Assembly: GCF_003019035.1 (NCBI RefSeq)
Contig: NZ_CP027447.1
DNA from: Escherichia coli
GTDB taxonomy: Bacteria > Pseudomonadota > Gammaproteobacteria > Enterobacterales > Enterobacteriaceae
Reading direction: 5' to 3' (one strand)
DNA length: 64,000 nucleotides
Shown: positions 1 to 16,924 of the stretch, piece by piece
Layout: every line of letters begins with the position of its first letter
Numbering within the stretch: the stretch's first letter is position 1
Program-made: the position numbers and the translations under genes
Notes under the pieces: generated by a model
What the model was told of the DNA's origin: nothing
The model's input: the letters and a program-made list of their open reading frames with translations, nothing else
Databases searched by the model: none

Positions 1-758
<758 letters not shown>

Positions 759-868
759 CTAACGAAATATCGCTACCAGCCGTTGCGTGTCGTTAACCGC
801 CCGGCTGGTAACTGAAAAGTGGGAATAAGATAAGTTTTCTTGACTGGGAAGTAAAATCCCGTATGCGT

Positions 869-1369
869 TCAGTCGGCAAAATTTCGCCAAATATCCTGGA
901 TATCTTCCATCAGATAGCCACGATAGAGCAGAAAACGCTGGATCTTAACTTTTTCTGAAAAGGCAGTTGGCAAAGGTTCGCCATATTTTCGCGTCGCCTG
1001 ATCGCGCGCCAGTTCGCACCAGTCGATGTCACATTCACGCATCGCTTTTTCTGTCGCTTCGCGGGAAATACCTTTCTGATTCAGTTCCTGACGAATACGC
1101 GCAGGTCCATAACCTTTGCGACTACGACTGGCAATAAAGCGCGCCACAAATCGGCTGTCATCGAGATAGCCATGTTCATGGCACCAGGCGATAACCCGCT
1201 CGTAATCTTCTGCCGTAGCATCAATCTCTTCCGGGCCATTTTTGCCCATAATCGGTGCCGCGAGTTTACGCCGCAGTTCTTGCTCACTGTGATCGCGCAC
1301 CGCCAGAATGCGTACCGCACGATCCAACAGGCGAGCATATGCCGGGCGACGGGATGTTGATTCTGTCAT
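869..1369 (-). CDS. recX: RecA regulator RecX
   Basis: 166 aa ORF directly downstream of recA on the same strand; length and sequence match RecX. Confidence 0.93.
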   Translation of the reverse strand: MTESTSRRPAYARLLDRAVRILAVRDHSEQELRRKLAAPIMGKNGPEEIDATAEDYERVIAWCHEHGYLDDSRFVARFIASRSRKGYGPARIRQELNQKGISREATEKAMRECDIDWCELARDQATRKYGEPLPTAFSEKVKIQRFLLYRGYLMEDIQDIWRNFAD

Positions 1370-1437
1370 GGCATATCCTTACAACTTAAAAAAGCAAAAG
1401 GGCCGCAGATGCGACCCTTGTGTATCAAACAAGACGA

Positions 1438-2578
<1,141 letters not shown>

Positions 2579-3076
2579 TCAAGTGTTTTGTAGAAATTGT
2601 TGCCACAAGGTCTGCAATGCATACGCAGTAGCCTGACGACGCACCGCATCACGGTCACCGCTGAAGCATTCCCGCCGGGTAATGCCTTCACCACGGGCAG
2701 TGGCAAAAGCAAACCAGACGGTGCCGACAGGCTTCTCTTCACTGCCGCCATCCGGCCCGGCGATACCACTAATAGACACAGCATAATCAGCACGAGCCGC
2801 TTTCAGTGCGCCTATCGCCATTTCCACCACGACAGGCTCGCTCACCGCGCCATGCTGCGCCAGCGTCTCTTCACGTACGCCGATCATTTGCGCTTTGGCT
2901 TCGTTACTGTAGGTGACAAATCCGCGTTCAAACCAGGCGGAGCTACCGGCAATATCGGTAATCACTTTCGCTACCCAACCACCGGTACAAGACTCAGCAG
3001 TTGTTACGGTTGCGCCACGGACTTTCAGCGCCTGCCCAACCTGTTCGCTTAACTGCATCAGTTCACTGTCAGTCAT
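2579..3076 (-). CDS. pncC: NMN amidohydrolase PncC (CinA-like competence/damage-inducible domain)
   Basis: 165 aa MTDSELMQLSEQVGQALK...; conserved position immediately upstream of recA. Confidence 0.9.
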   Translation of the reverse strand: MTDSELMQLSEQVGQALKVRGATVTTAESCTGGWVAKVITDIAGSSAWFERGFVTYSNEAKAQMIGVREETLAQHGAVSEPVVVEMAIGALKAARADYAVSISGIAGPDGGSEEKPVGTVWFAFATARGEGITRRECFSGDRDAVRRQATAYALQTLWQQFLQNT

Positions 3077-3220
3077 CACAACCTCTGTCAGTCATAAATT
3101 TATGCCGGACAAGATAGCACTTTCGTCAGGAAGATGGTGTTGGCGTTGCAATTTTACGAGGAGGATTCAGAAAAAAGCTGATTAGCCAGAGGGAAGCTCA
3201 CGCCCCCCTCTTGCAAATAG

Positions 3221-4306
3221 TTACTGCACGCGCGCCAGCGCCACGGCTTGTCCTAACTGCCAGACCGCCATTGCGTAATGGGTGCTGTGGTTATAACGGG
3301 TAATGGTGTAGAAGTTCGGCAGACCGTACCAGTACTGGTAACCTGTTCCAACATCCAGACGCAGCAGGCTGGCTTGTTGATGGTTGCCCAGCGGCTGCTG
3401 TGGCGTTAAACCTGCCGCGGCAAGTTGTGAAATGCTGTACTTGGTTTTGAAGCCATTTGGCAAGCCTGGAGCCTGACCGTTTGCCATCACCGCAACCTGA
3501 TCACCTTTCACCCAGCCGTGCGCTTTGAAATAGTTCGCCACACTACCAATGGCATCAACCGGATCCCACAGGTTGATATGCCCGTCGCCGCTGAAATCTA
3601 CCGCATATTGTTTGTAAGACGACGGCATAAACTGTCCGTAGCCCATCGCCCCGGCAAAGGAACCTTTCAGATTGAGCGGATCGTCCTGCTCATCGCGCGC
3701 CATCAGCAGGAAAGTTTCCAGCTCGCCAGAGAAATACTCCGCGCGGCGTGGGTAGTTAAATGACAGCGTTGCCAGCGCATCGAGGATACGGGTTTTCCCC
3801 ATCACGCGCCCCCAACGGGTTTCAACGCCGATAATCCCGACGATAATTTCCGGCGGTACGCCATACACCTGCCACGCGCGATTCAACGCATCTTCATACT
3901 GATTCCAGAAAACCACACCATTCTGCACGTTGTCCGGCGTAATAAATTTTTTGCGATAACGCAGCCATGCGCCGTTCGGACCTGATGGCGGTTTCACCGA
4001 TGTGGTTGGTGCCTGGTTATCCATCAGCCGCAGTACCGAATCCAGACGTTTCGCCTGAGAGAGAATTTCCTGCAACTGCTGACGATCGAAACCGTGTTTG
4101 TTCACCATTTTGTCGATGAACTGCTGGGCATTCGGGTTATTGGCGAAGTCACCGCCCATCTGCATCACATTGTGCTGCGGCTCAAGCAGGAAGCCGCCAG
4201 ACGGCGTTCCGGTGGTCGTTTCAGTCTCAGTAGGTTTTGGCTTGCTGCTACAGGCGGCAAGCAACACAAAAAGGGGAAGCAATGTTACATAACGACGCTT
4301 GAACAT
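3221..4306 (-). CDS. mltB: Membrane-bound lytic murein transglycosylase B
   Basis: Lipoprotein N-terminus MFKRRYVTLLPLFVLLAACSS (lipobox LAAC); track ORF extends 35 codons upstream of the likely start. Confidence 0.9.
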   Translation of the reverse strand: MFKRRYVTLLPLFVLLAACSSKPKPTETETTTGTPSGGFLLEPQHNVMQMGGDFANNPNAQQFIDKMVNKHGFDRQQLQEILSQAKRLDSVLRLMDNQAPTTSVKPPSGPNGAWLRYRKKFITPDNVQNGVVFWNQYEDALNRAWQVYGVPPEIIVGIIGVETRWGRVMGKTRILDALATLSFNYPRRAEYFSGELETFLLMARDEQDDPLNLKGSFAGAMGYGQFMPSSYKQYAVDFSGDGHINLWDPVDAIGSVANYFKAHGWVKGDQVAVMANGQAPGLPNGFKTKYSISQLAAAGLTPQQPLGNHQQASLLRLDVGTGYQYWYGLPNFYTITRYNHSTHYAMAVWQLGQAVALARVQ

Positions 4307-4544
4307 GAGGGGTCCATTTAACAGATTCAACCAGGGGCAAGTATGGTAAAGCATCCCGCCCCGCACAAGGAAGCGGTAGTCACTGCCCGATACGGACTTT
4401 ACATAACTCAACTCATTCTCCTCACTACCTTCTTTATATAAACTTTCAAAATAAAATATTTATCTTTCATTTTGCGATCAAAATAACACTTTTAAATCTT
4501 TCAATCTGATTAGATTAGATTGCCGTTTGGTAATAAAACAATAA

Positions 4545-6082
<1,538 letters not shown>

Positions 6083-6092
6083 AGGCTGAAAC

Positions 6093-7247
<1,155 letters not shown>

Positions 7248-7292
7248 TTAACAGCGGAGATCCGTTAAGGATCTCCGCGAGACTAATAGAAT

Positions 7293-7321
7293 GCCTGATG
7301 CGCTACGCTTATCAGGCCTAC
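7293..7321. repeat. REP (repetitive extragenic palindrome) element, preceded by a perfect hairpin at 7254..7278
   Basis: gcctgatgcgctacgcttatcaggcctac matches the E. coli REP consensus; gcggagatccgttaaggatctccgc is a perfect stem-loop after srlD. Confidence 0.7.
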
Positions 7322-7352
7322 AGGACTTCCGCCACTACATTAAGGAGAAGTT

Positions 7353-7712
7353 ATGGTATCCGCACTCATCACCGTCGCCGTTATCGCCTGGTGTGCGCAA
7401 CTGGCCTTAGGCGGCTGGCAAATTTCTCGTTTTAACCGTGCCTTCGACACACTATGCCAGCAAGGGCGGGTTGGCGTGGGCCGTTCCAGCGGGCGCTTTA
7501 AACCGCGGGTCGTGGTCGCCATCGCCCTGGACGATCAGCAGCGCATCGTCGACACCTTGTTTATGAAAGGACTGACCGTCTTCGCCCGACCGCAAAAAAT
7601 TCCCGCAATTACCGGTATGCATGCGGGTGATTTACAGCCCGATGTGATCTTTCCCCATGATCCACTATCACAGAATGCTCTATCATTGGCGCTTAAACTG
7701 AAACGTGGATAA
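7353..7712 (+). CDS. gutM: Glucitol operon activator GutM
   Basis: 119 aa; position between srlD and srlR. Confidence 0.9.
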   Translation: MVSALITVAVIAWCAQLALGGWQISRFNRAFDTLCQQGRVGVGRSSGRFKPRVVVAIALDDQQRIVDTLFMKGLTVFARPQKIPAITGMHAGDLQPDVIFPHDPLSQNALSLALKLKRG

Positions 7713-7778
7713 TTTCGTTGTGAATGTTACTTGCTTGCGAAGTTATCATTTTGAAACCTAAATCAGGTAATCACGCCC

Positions 7779-8552
7779 ATGAAACCTCGTCAGCGTCAGG
7801 CCGCCATTCTGGAGTATCTGCAAAAGCAGGGTAAATGCTCGGTTGAAGAATTGGCGCAATACTTTGACACCACAGGCACAACCATTCGCAAAGATCTGGT
7901 CATTCTGGAACATGCCGGAACCGTCATTCGTACTTATGGCGGAGTGGTGTTGAATAAAGAGGAATCCGATCCGCCTATCGATCATAAAACACTCATCAAC
8001 ACCCACAAGAAAGAGCTGATTGCAGAAGCTGCCGTTAGTTTTATCCATGATGGCGATTCGATCATTCTTGATGCTGGCAGTACCGTTTTGCAGATGGTTC
8101 CCCTGCTCTCGCGCTTTAATAACATCACAGTGATGACCAACAGCCTGCATATCGTCAATGCGCTATCCGAACTGGATAACGAACAAACTATCCTGATGCC
8201 AGGCGGAACATTTCGTAAAAAATCGGCCTCATTTCACGGGCAACTGGCAGAGAATGCCTTCGAGCATTTCACCTTCGATAAATTGTTTATGGGCACCGAC
8301 GGCATCGATCTCAATGCGGGCGTAACCACCTTCAACGAGGTCTATACCGTCAGTAAGGCGATGTGTAATGCCGCGCGCGAAGTGATTTTGATGGCTGACT
8401 CATCGAAGTTTGGTCGTAAAAGCCCCAACGTGGTTTGTAGTCTTGAAAGCGTCGATAAGCTAATTACCGACGCAGGTATCGATCCAGCGTTTCGTCAGGC
8501 GCTGGAAGAAAAAGGGATCGACGTGATCATAACCGGAGAGAGCAATGAGTGA
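7779..8552 (+). CDS. srlR: DeoR-family glucitol operon repressor
   Basis: 257 aa, N-terminal HTH, DeoR-like sugar-binding C-terminus. Confidence 0.92.
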
Positions 8553-9510
8553 AGCACTACTGAACGCGGGACGTCAGACGTTAATGCTGGAGTTGCAGGA
8601 AGCAAGCCATTTACCGGAACGTCTGGGCGATGATTTTGTTCGCGCCGCCAATATCATCCTGCACTGCGAAGGCAAAGTGGTGGTTTCGGGAATTGGCAAA
8701 TCGGGCCACATTGGTAAGAAAATCGCCGCAACGCTTGCCAGCACTGGCACACCGGCTTTTTTTGTCCATCCGGCAGAAGCACTGCACGGCGATCTGGGGA
8801 TGATTGAAAGCCGCGATGTGATGCTGTTTATCTCTTACTCCGGTGGCGCGAAGGAACTGGATCTCATTATTCCGCGTCTGGAAGACAAATCTATCGCGCT
8901 GCTGGCAATGACCGGAAAACCGACGTCACCGCTGGGCCTGGCGGCGAAAGCGGTGCTGGATATCTCCGTAGAACGCGAAGCCTGCCCGATGCATCTTGCG
9001 CCGACCTCCAGCACCGTGAATACCCTGATGATGGGCGACGCGTTGGCGATGGCAGTCATGCAGGCGCGTGGTTTTAATGAAGAAGATTTTGCCCGCTCCC
9101 ACCCAGCCGGGGCACTGGGCGCTCGCTTGCTGAATAAAGTGCATCATCTGATGCGCCGTGATGACGCTATTCCGCAGGTAGCGTTAACCGCCAGCGTGAT
9201 GGATGCGATGCTGGAACTCAGCCGCACCGGTCTGGGGCTGGTGGCAGTATGTGACGCTCAGCAACAGGTACAAGGCGTCTTTACCGACGGTGATTTACGT
9301 CGCTGGCTGGTTGGCGGCGGCGCACTCACCACGCCAGTCAATGAAGCGATGACGGTCGGCGGCACCACGTTGCAATCGCAAAGCCGTGCCATCGACGCCA
9401 AAGAAATCCTGATGAAACGCAAAATCACCGCCGCACCGGTAGTGGATGAAAACGGCAAACTCACCGGCGCAATTAACCTGCAGGATTTCTATCAGGCCGG
9501 GATTATTTAA
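8545..9510 (+). CDS. gutQ: Arabinose-5-phosphate isomerase (SIS + CBS domains)
   Basis: 321 aa; SIS motif [14 protein letters not shown] and C-terminal CBS pair. Confidence 0.92.
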
Positions 9511-11021
9511 TCCTTCAGCCCCAGACGTTTCGCCAACCGATGCAAGTTGGCGACGTCGGTTTCCAGCATCCGTGCGCTGGCAGCCCAGTTGTGATGATTT
9601 TGTGCCAGTGCCTGACGAATGGTTTCACGCTGGAACGCTTCTGTCGCTTCACGCAGGTTTTGCTTAACGATAGGCACCGCCGCCGCTTCTGGCGGCGGCA
9701 ACGTCACCTCAGGAAAAGCAAAATGTTGCGCTTCAAGAATCACTTCATCGCCGCTGCGAGTGGCTCTCGCCAGCACTACCGCCCGATGAATAGCATGTTC
9801 CAGTTCACGAACGTTCCCCGGAAAATTGTAGTGTTGCAGTAAATTTCGCGCTCCGGCACTTAATACCACGCGGGAGAGCCCCAACCGCAGGCGGCACTGT
9901 TCGCAGAAATACCCCGCCAGCAGAATGACATCATCGCCCCGCTCACGCAGCGGCGGCACTGAAAGTGGAAACACGCTCAGGCGGTGGAACAAGTCAGCGC
10001 GAAATCGCCCTGCCAGTACCTCTTCGCGTAAGTCACGGTTAGTCGCCGCCAGCACGCGCACATCGACCCGCAAACTGCGGTCATCGCCAACGCGCTGAAT
10101 ATCGCCATACTGCAACACCCGCAGCAGCTTGGCCTGCAATGCCAACGACAACTCGCCGATCTCATCCAGAAACAGCGTGCCGTTATCCGCCATTTCAAAC
10201 TTCCCGCTGCGGTTACTGATAGCGCCAGTAAACGCCCCTTTCACGTGCCCGAACAACTCACTTTCCGCCACACTTTCCGGCAGTGCGGCACAGTTGAGAT
10301 AGACCAGCGGATTCACCGCCCTTGGCGAGGCTTCATGAATCGCTTTCGCCACCAGCTCCTTACCGGTTCCCGTCTCACCGCTGATTAAGACGTTGAGATC
10401 GGACGCCGCCACAATCTCAATCTCTTTTTTCAATTGCGTCATGCCTGGCGACAGACCGATCATCTGCGTCTGTTTCACCGCTTCAAACGGCGCGGCATCG
10501 CCCGGCAGCATATTCTGGCTTTCCAGTTGCTCAATCAGCAACGCATTGCTTAACGCTCCCGCCGCCAGCGCGGCAATCAGGCGTAACTCTTCGTCGCTGA
10601 AAACATCGAACTGATCGGGCTGCATCCCGTCGAGCGTCAATGCGCCGATCAGGTTTTGCCCGGCAAACAATGGCAGACCAACGCAGGCGTGAACCTTCAG
10701 ACTCTCCTGCCCGGGAATCAAACCGTCATAGGGATCGGGCAATTCGCTGTCTGCGGGAAAGCGCACCACGTCCCCGGCGCGGGCAATCGCTTCCAGCCGT
10801 GGATGCCCTTCCAGCGCAAAGCGTCTACCGAGTACATCCTTCGCCAGCCCGTCGATGGCAAGCGGAATAAACTGCCGCGAGTCATAACGTAGCAACGCAG
10901 AGGCATCACACTCCAGCACCTGACGCAGCGTGGTGATCAGGCGCTGAAAACGATCCTGATGACCAATCCCACGCTGCAATTCGATGGCGATATTCGCCAG
11001 CACATCAACGGAAAAACTCAT
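9507..11021 (-). CDS. norR: Sigma54-dependent anaerobic nitric oxide reductase regulator
   Basis: 504 aa; GAF-like N-terminus, AAA+ sigma54-interaction domain (GETGTGKE), C-terminal HTH. Confidence 0.95.
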   Translation of the reverse strand: MSFSVDVLANIAIELQRGIGHQDRFQRLITTLRQVLECDASALLRYDSRQFIPLAIDGLAKDVLGRRFALEGHPRLEAIARAGDVVRFPADSELPDPYDGLIPGQESLKVHACVGLPLFAGQNLIGALTLDGMQPDQFDVFSDEELRLIAALAAGALSNALLIEQLESQNMLPGDAAPFEAVKQTQMIGLSPGMTQLKKEIEIVAASDLNVLISGETGTGKELVAKAIHEASPRAVNPLVYLNCAALPESVAESELFGHVKGAFTGAISNRSGKFEMADNGTLFLDEIGELSLALQAKLLRVLQYGDIQRVGDDRSLRVDVRVLAATNRDLREEVLAGRFRADLFHRLSVFPLSVPPLRERGDDVILLAGYFCEQCRLRLGLSRVVLSAGARNLLQHYNFPGNVRELEHAIHRAVVLARATRSGDEVILEAQHFAFPEVTLPPPEAAAVPIVKQNLREATEAFQRETIRQALAQNHHNWAASARMLETDVANLHRLAKRLGLKD

Positions 11022-11033
11022 CTTTGCCTCACT

Positions 11034-11089
11034 GTCAATTTGACTATAGATATTGTCATATCGACCATTTTATTGATAGTCATTTTGAC
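11034..11089. promoter_or_regulatory. Three NorR enhancer-binding sites
   Basis: gtcaatttgac, gtcatatcgac, gtcattttgac (GT-N7-AC inverted repeats) upstream of norV. Confidence 0.8.
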
Positions 11090-11144
11090 TACTCATTAAT
11101 GAGCACAATTTTATTTATAGAGTAAAAACAATCAGATAAAAAAC

Positions 11145-11160
11145 TGGCACGCAATCTGCA
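11145..11160 (+). promoter_or_regulatory. Sigma54 (-24/-12) promoter of norVW
   Basis: TGGCAC-N5-CTGCA about 50 bp upstream of the norV start. Confidence 0.8.
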
Positions 11161-11207
11161 ATTAGCAAGACATCTTTTTAGAACACGCTGAATAAATTGA
11201 GGTTGCT

Positions 11208-12647
11208 ATGTCTATTGTGGTGAAAAATAACATTCATTGGGTTGGTCAACGTGACTGGGAAGTGCGTGATTTTCACGGTACAGAATATAAAACGCTGCGC
11301 GGCAGCAGCTACAACAGCTACCTCATCCGTGAAGAAAAAAACGTGCTGATCGACACCGTCGACCATAAATTCAGCCGCGAATTTGTGCAGAACCTGCGTA
11401 ATGAAATCGATCTGGCGGATATCGATTACATCGTGATTAACCATGCAGAAGAGGACCACGCCGGGGCGCTGACCGAACTGATGGCGCAAATTCCCGATAC
11501 GCCGATCTACTGTACAGCCAACGCTATCGACTCGATAAATGGTCATCACCATCATCCGGAGTGGAATTTTAATGTGGTGAAAACTGGCGACACGCTGGAT
11601 ATCGGCAACGGCAAACAGCTCATTTTTGTCGAAACGCCAATGCTGCACTGGCCGGACAGCATGATGACTTACCTGACAGGCGACGTGGTGCTGTTCAGTA
11701 ACGATGCTTTCGGTCAGCACTACTGCGACGAGCATCTGTTCAACGATGAAGTGGATCAGACGGAGCTTTTCGAGCAGTGCCAGCGTTACTACGCCAATAT
11801 CCTGACGCCGTTCAGCCGCCTGGTAACGCCGAAAATTACCGAGATCCTGGGCTTTAACTTGCCAGTCGATATGATAGCGACCTCTCACGGCGTGGTATGG
11901 CGCGATAACCCGACGCAAATTGTCGAGCTGTACCTGAAATGGGCGGCGGATTATCAGGAAGACAGAATCACCATTTTCTACGACACCATGTCGAATAACA
12001 CCCGCATGATGGCTGACGCTATCGCCCAGGGGATTGCGGAAACCGACCCACGCGTGGCAGTGAAAATTTTCAACGTCGCCCGAAGCGATAAAAACGAAAT
12101 CCTGACCAATGTCTTCCGCTCAAAAGGCGTGCTGGTCGGCACCTCTACGATGAATAATGTGATGATGCCGAAAATCGCCGGGCTGGTGGAGGAGATGACC
12201 GGATTACGCTTCCGTAACAAACGCGCCAGTGCTTTCGGCTCTCACGGCTGGAGCGGCGGTGCGGTGGATCGTCTTTCCACGCGCCTGCAGGATGCGGGTT
12301 TCGAAATGTCGCTTAGCCTGAAAGCCAAATGGCGACCAGACCAGGACGCTCTGGAGTTATGTCGTGAACACGGTCGCGAAATCGCCCGTCAGTGGGCGCT
12401 CGCGCCGCTGCCACAGAGCACGGTGAATACGGTGGTTGAAGAAGAAACCTCTGCCGCCACGACGGCTGACCTCGGCCCACGGATGCAGTGCAGCGTCTGC
12501 CAGTGGATTTACGATCCGGCAAAAGGCGAGCCAATGCAGGACGTTGCGCCAGGAACGCCGTGGAGTGAAGTCCCGGATAACTTCCTGTGCCCGGAATGCT
12601 CTCTCGGCAAAGACGTCTTTGACGAACTGGCATCGGAGGCAAAATGA
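11208..12647 (+). CDS. norV: Flavorubredoxin (anaerobic NO reductase)
   Basis: 479 aa; metallo-beta-lactamase-like and flavodoxin domains plus C-terminal rubredoxin Cys motifs (CSVCQW...CPEC). Confidence 0.95.
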   Translation: MSIVVKNNIHWVGQRDWEVRDFHGTEYKTLRGSSYNSYLIREEKNVLIDTVDHKFSREFVQNLRNEIDLADIDYIVINHAEEDHAGALTELMAQIPDTPIYCTANAIDSINGHHHHPEWNFNVVKTGDTLDIGNGKQLIFVETPMLHWPDSMMTYLTGDVVLFSNDAFGQHYCDEHLFNDEVDQTELFEQCQRYYANILTPFSRLVTPKITEILGFNLPVDMIATSHGVVWRDNPTQIVELYLKWAADYQEDRITIFYDTMSNNTRMMADAIAQGIAETDPRVAVKIFNVARSDKNEILTNVFRSKGVLVGTSTMNNVMMPKIAGLVEEMTGLRFRNKRASAFGSHGWSGGAVDRLSTRLQDAGFEMSLSLKAKWRPDQDALELCREHGREIARQWALAPLPQSTVNTVVEEETSAATTADLGPRMQCSVCQWIYDPAKGEPMQDVAPGTPWSEVPDNFLCPECSLGKDVFDELASEAK

Positions 12648-13777
12648 GCAACGGCATTGTGATCATTGGTTCGGGCTTCGCCGCCCGCCAACTGGTGAAA
12701 AATATTCGCAAACAGGACGCCTGTATTCCATTAACCCTGATTGCCGTCGACAGCATGGATGAGTACAACAAACCGGATCTCAGCCATGTTATCAGTCAGG
12801 GGCAACGTGCCGACGACCTTACCCGCCAGACGGCGGGTGAATTTGCCGGGCAGTTTAATCTGCACCTGTTTCCGCACACCTGGGTGACGGATATCGATGC
12901 CGAAGCCCATGTGGTGAAAAGCCAGAATAATCAGTGGCGATACGACAAGCTGGTGCTGGCAACTGGTGCCAGCGCCTTTGTCCCGCCTGTGCCCGGGCGT
13001 GAGTTAATGCTGACGTTAAATAGTCAGCAAGAGTATCGCGCCTGTGAAACGCAACTGCGGGATGCCCGACGCGTGTTGATTGTTGGCGGTGGCTTGATTG
13101 GTAGCGAGCTGGCGATGGATTTTTGTCGGGCAGGCAAAGCGGTCACGCTGATCGACAACGCTGCCAGTATTCTGGCGTCGTTAATGCCACCGGAAGTAAG
13201 CAGCCGCTTGCAGCATCGGTTGACGGAGATGGGCGTTCATCTGCTGTTAAAATCTCAGTTGCAGGGGCTGGAAAAAACGGATTCTGGCATTCTGGCAACG
13301 CTGGACCGCCAGCGTTGCATCGAAGTGGATGCGGTAATTGCCGCCACCGGGCTGCGCCCGGAAACCGCCCTGGCACGACGCGCCGGGCTGACGATTAATC
13401 GCGGCGTTTGCGTCGATAGTTATCTGCAAACCAGTAATGCCGATATTTATGCGCTGGGCGATTGCGCGGAAATTAACGGTCAGGTATTGCCGTTCCTCCA
13501 GCCGATTCAACTTAGCGCGATGGTGCTGGCAAAAAATCTTCTCGGCAATAACACGCCGCTGAAACTCCCGGCGATGCTGGTGAAAATCAAAACGCCAGAA
13601 TTACCGCTGCATCTGGCTGGCGAAACCCAGCGTCAGGATTTACGCTGGCAAATTAATACCGAACGCCAGGGAATGGTTGCGCGCGGTGTTGACGATGGTG
13701 ACCAGCTTCGCGCCTTTGTGGTCAGTGAGGATCGGATGAAAGAGGCGTTTGGATTGTTGAAAACGTTGTCGATGTAG
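12644..13777 (+). CDS. norW: NADH:flavorubredoxin reductase
   Basis: 377 aa; FAD/NAD dinucleotide-binding motifs ([22 protein letters not shown]). Confidence 0.95.
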   Translation: MSNGIVIIGSGFAARQLVKNIRKQDACIPLTLIAVDSMDEYNKPDLSHVISQGQRADDLTRQTAGEFAGQFNLHLFPHTWVTDIDAEAHVVKSQNNQWRYDKLVLATGASAFVPPVPGRELMLTLNSQQEYRACETQLRDARRVLIVGGGLIGSELAMDFCRAGKAVTLIDNAASILASLMPPEVSSRLQHRLTEMGVHLLLKSQLQGLEKTDSGILATLDRQRCIEVDAVIAATGLRPETALARRAGLTINRGVCVDSYLQTSNADIYALGDCAEINGQVLPFLQPIQLSAMVLAKNLLGNNTPLKLPAMLVKIKTPELPLHLAGETQRQDLRWQINTERQGMVARGVDDGDQLRAFVVSEDRMKEAFGLLKTLSM

Positions 13778-13855
13778 GCATGGTTTTCTCCCTCGCCCAA
13801 AGGGCGAGGGGACTGTCCGCGCTACTTTTAACGCTTAGTTACGCCACATCCGCCA

Positions 13856-16096
13856 CTATGCAGCATGCAGGATGCGCGCCGCAGCAATAACCCCCTGCCC
13901 CAGAGACAAGCCGCCATCACCCGCCGGTAAACTCTGCGGAAAGAGTAATGTGAAATCAGCGAGATAATGCGCCAGGCGTGTACGCAGCAATCGGTTATGA
14001 ATAACCCCACCGCTAAATACCAGCGTAGTGATACCGCGCATCGTGGCCTGCTCACGCATCAACGCGGCAAAACCCTGCGCCAGCGCATCATGAAACGCCC
14101 ACGCGCGTTGATTAACCGGTGCCTGCCAGTTCAGCCACTGCTGCCAGAAAGTGGCGAGATCCAGTTGATTGTCCACCAGCGGTATCGTCACCGGATGCGT
14201 CACTCCGTCGCATGAGGCTGCGAGCGCCTCCAGAGCACAAGCCGCTTCACCTTCATAACTTAACGTGGCTGGCGCACAGCCCAGTGCCGCCGCCACAGCA
14301 TCGAACAAACGCCCACACGACGACGCCAGCGGCGCGTTAATTCCACGCTCAATGGCCCGCGCCAGCACGCTCCAGTTTTGCTGTTGCACACTTGCCGTTT
14401 CAGGGTAATTCTGCCACTCCGGCACAAAGCGCAGGCACTGCGCCAGCAGGTTACGCCACGGCTGCTTCGCCGCAAAATCGCCACCCGGAAGCGCCACCGC
14501 AGGCAAGCCGCCCAGATGCTGGCATTCGCGATAGTTCACCCGCAGACACTCGCCGCCCCACAAAGCGCCATTCTCCCCCATACCGATACCGTCGAGCGTC
14601 AACGCAATGACATCACCGCCATCCAGTGGCCAGTGATGTTCTGCCAGACACGCCGCCGCGTGGGCATGATGATGCAGCACCGTTTGCGTCGGCAGATTCA
14701 TTTCGCGCGCCCACTGGCTGGAGACATAGCCCGGATGCGCGTCATGCACAACGTATTGCGGAGTGAAATCGTAGATGTTTTGCATCAGGCGTAACGCTTC
14801 GCGCCACTGCATCTGGATGCCATCGTCACTTAAATCGCCCAGATGCTGACTCAACACCGCTTGTTCACCGCGCACCAGGCAGAAGGTGTTTTTCAGATCC
14901 GCGCCGAGACACAGCACAGGCGGAACATTTTTAAAGCCCGGAGGCAAAGCCAGCGCATCCGGCACATACCCCCGCGAACGGCGCAGCATTTCGCCGCTTT
15001 CGCGCACCACCGAATCATCCATCCGCTGCACGATGTCGCGGTTATGTATCAAGAATCCGTCGGCAATCCCCTGCAAATCCGCCAGCGCCTGTTCGTTGCT
15101 GATAGCTGGTGGTTTACCGCTCAGGTTGCCGGAGGTCATCACCAGCGGGCATTGCAGTTCCTGTAACAGCAAATGCTGGAGCGGGTTCGCAGGCAACATC
15201 ACCCCAACTTCGTTAAGGCCAGGGGCGATATCATCACAAAGCTCAGGTATGTATTTTTTATCCACCAGCACAATCGGCGCAGCGGGCGTGGTAAGCAACT
15301 GGCGCGCAGCGTCTGGTAAACTTTCTGCCACTGGCAACATGACTGCCAGCGGTTTCGCCGGGCGATATTTGCGCTCCCGCAGTGTTGCCACCGCGTTACT
15401 GTTACGCGCATCGCAGGCGAGATGAAATCCGCCAATCCCTTTGATGGCGACAATGTTGCCCATTTTTAACTGTGCGATAGCTGCCTGTAATGCCGCCTCT
15501 TGTTCTGCATGTTCACCATGACTTACCCATTCAAGATGTGGGCCACACTCCGGGCAGGCCACCGGCTGGGCGTGGAAGCGACGATCGAGCGGGTCGCGGT
15601 ACTCTTTATCGCAGGCCGGACATAGCGGAAACGCCTCCATCACGGTAAACGGGCGGTCGTAAGGCATCGCGCGAATAATAGTGAAACGTGGGCCGCAGTG
15701 AGTACAGTTGATAAACGGATAACGATAACGCCGCTCGCCTGGGGTATTCATTTCAGCAAGACAGGCAGGACAAGTGGCGGCATCGGGAACAATTTGCGTA
15801 TTCATGACGCCGCCTGCGCTCTGGCGGATAGTGAACTCAGTGGGCAGTTGTGACCAGATAAACGGCTCACGCTCGACGCTATCAATACGCGCCAGCGGCG
15901 GGCAGTGCTGATGCAACTGCACAAGAAACGTTTCCGGGGCTTCCAGCAGCCGGACTTCTACGCCATCGCCGTCATTACAGACATCGCCGTGAAGATTTAA
16001 TTGCTGTGCCAACTGCCAGACAAACGGACGAAAACCGACGCCCTGCACTTTGCCACGAATACGCAGTTGGACACCGCAAGATGTGTTTTTTGCCAT
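13856..16096 (-). CDS. hypF: Hydrogenase maturation carbamoyltransferase HypF
   Basis: Acylphosphatase N-terminus, two Zn-finger CxxC pairs, YrdC and Kae1-like domains; start at [11 protein letters not shown] (track ORF begins 24 codons upstream). Confidence 0.93.
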   Translation of the reverse strand: MAKNTSCGVQLRIRGKVQGVGFRPFVWQLAQQLNLHGDVCNDGDGVEVRLLEAPETFLVQLHQHCPPLARIDSVEREPFIWSQLPTEFTIRQSAGGVMNTQIVPDAATCPACLAEMNTPGERRYRYPFINCTHCGPRFTIIRAMPYDRPFTVMEAFPLCPACDKEYRDPLDRRFHAQPVACPECGPHLEWVSHGEHAEQEAALQAAIAQLKMGNIVAIKGIGGFHLACDARNSNAVATLRERKYRPAKPLAVMLPVAESLPDAARQLLTTPAAPIVLVDKKYIPELCDDIAPGLNEVGVMLPANPLQHLLLQELQCPLVMTSGNLSGKPPAISNEQALADLQGIADGFLIHNRDIVQRMDDSVVRESGEMLRRSRGYVPDALALPPGFKNVPPVLCLGADLKNTFCLVRGEQAVLSQHLGDLSDDGIQMQWREALRLMQNIYDFTPQYVVHDAHPGYVSSQWAREMNLPTQTVLHHHAHAAACLAEHHWPLDGGDVIALTLDGIGMGENGALWGGECLRVNYRECQHLGGLPAVALPGGDFAAKQPWRNLLAQCLRFVPEWQNYPETASVQQQNWSVLARAIERGINAPLASSCGRLFDAVAAALGCAPATLSYEGEAACALEALAASCDGVTHPVTIPLVDNQLDLATFWQQWLNWQAPVNQRAWAFHDALAQGFAALMREQATMRGITTLVFSGGVIHNRLLRTRLAHYLADFTLLFPQSLPAGDGGLSLGQGVIAAARILHAA

Positions 16097-16248
16097 TGAG
16101 TTATTCCCGCCATCATGAATTGCGTAACCCGCCCTGCCGGACACGACAGCGTCGTATCCGGCAATCACAGGTCGGCGATACCGCCCGCTCCGTATTCTAC
16201 GAATATTTCCGGGAATTCCTTTGATGCCAGAACAGTTCAGTAAGATTT

Positions 16249-16776
16249 TTAGAACATCAGCGCCGTACGGCGACGTTTTTCTGCGCTCAGTTGTTCAAGT
16301 TTATTACGATCGACACAAATCAGCGCATGGGTCGGGCAAGCCGCCATACACGCCGGGCCGTCTTCACGATGGTTACAGAGGTCGCATTTATTAGCTTCGG
16401 CTTTGTCAGCGCGTACGTTAAGCCCTGCGCCGCTGTTGCGAATCACCGGACGTACCACCACTTCCATCGCGCCATACGGGCAAGCCACAACGCAGGTTTT
16501 GCAACCAATGCAACGTTCCTGCATCACATGAACAAACCCTTTATCACGGCTGATAGCACCATTCGGGCAGACGTTAGCGCACGGTGCATCTTCACACTGA
16601 CGGCAGACTGTTGCCGTGGAAATGTTCACACCTTTAATGACATGGATTCGCGGTAAAAAAGTTTCCGGGGTCAGCGATGCACAGTCCTGATTCTCCTGAT
16701 GAGAAACCACGCACGCCACTTCACAGGTACGGCAACCAATACATTTACTCGCGTCAGCAATGATGAAACGGTTCAT
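16249..16776 (-). CDS. hydN: Formate dehydrogenase-H electron-transfer ferredoxin-type subunit
   Basis: Multiple 4Fe-4S CxxCxxCxxxCP motifs; start at [11 protein letters not shown]. Confidence 0.93.
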   Translation of the reverse strand: MNRFIIADASKCIGCRTCEVACVVSHQENQDCASLTPETFLPRIHVIKGVNISTATVCRQCEDAPCANVCPNGAISRDKGFVHVMQERCIGCKTCVVACPYGAMEVVVRPVIRNSGAGLNVRADKAEANKCDLCNHREDGPACMAACPTHALICVDRNKLEQLSAEKRRRTALMF

Positions 16777-16924
16777 CAAATTCTCCAGCAATGACAGTTA
16801 ATGCGCCGATACATTCACAAATCATGCCAGTTTTTAATTTACTGTTATTTAAAGAAATTAAATTCTGTAATGCAGGAAAAACGATGTCATCGACACTAGT
16901 GACGATGACATGTGTTGACAATGT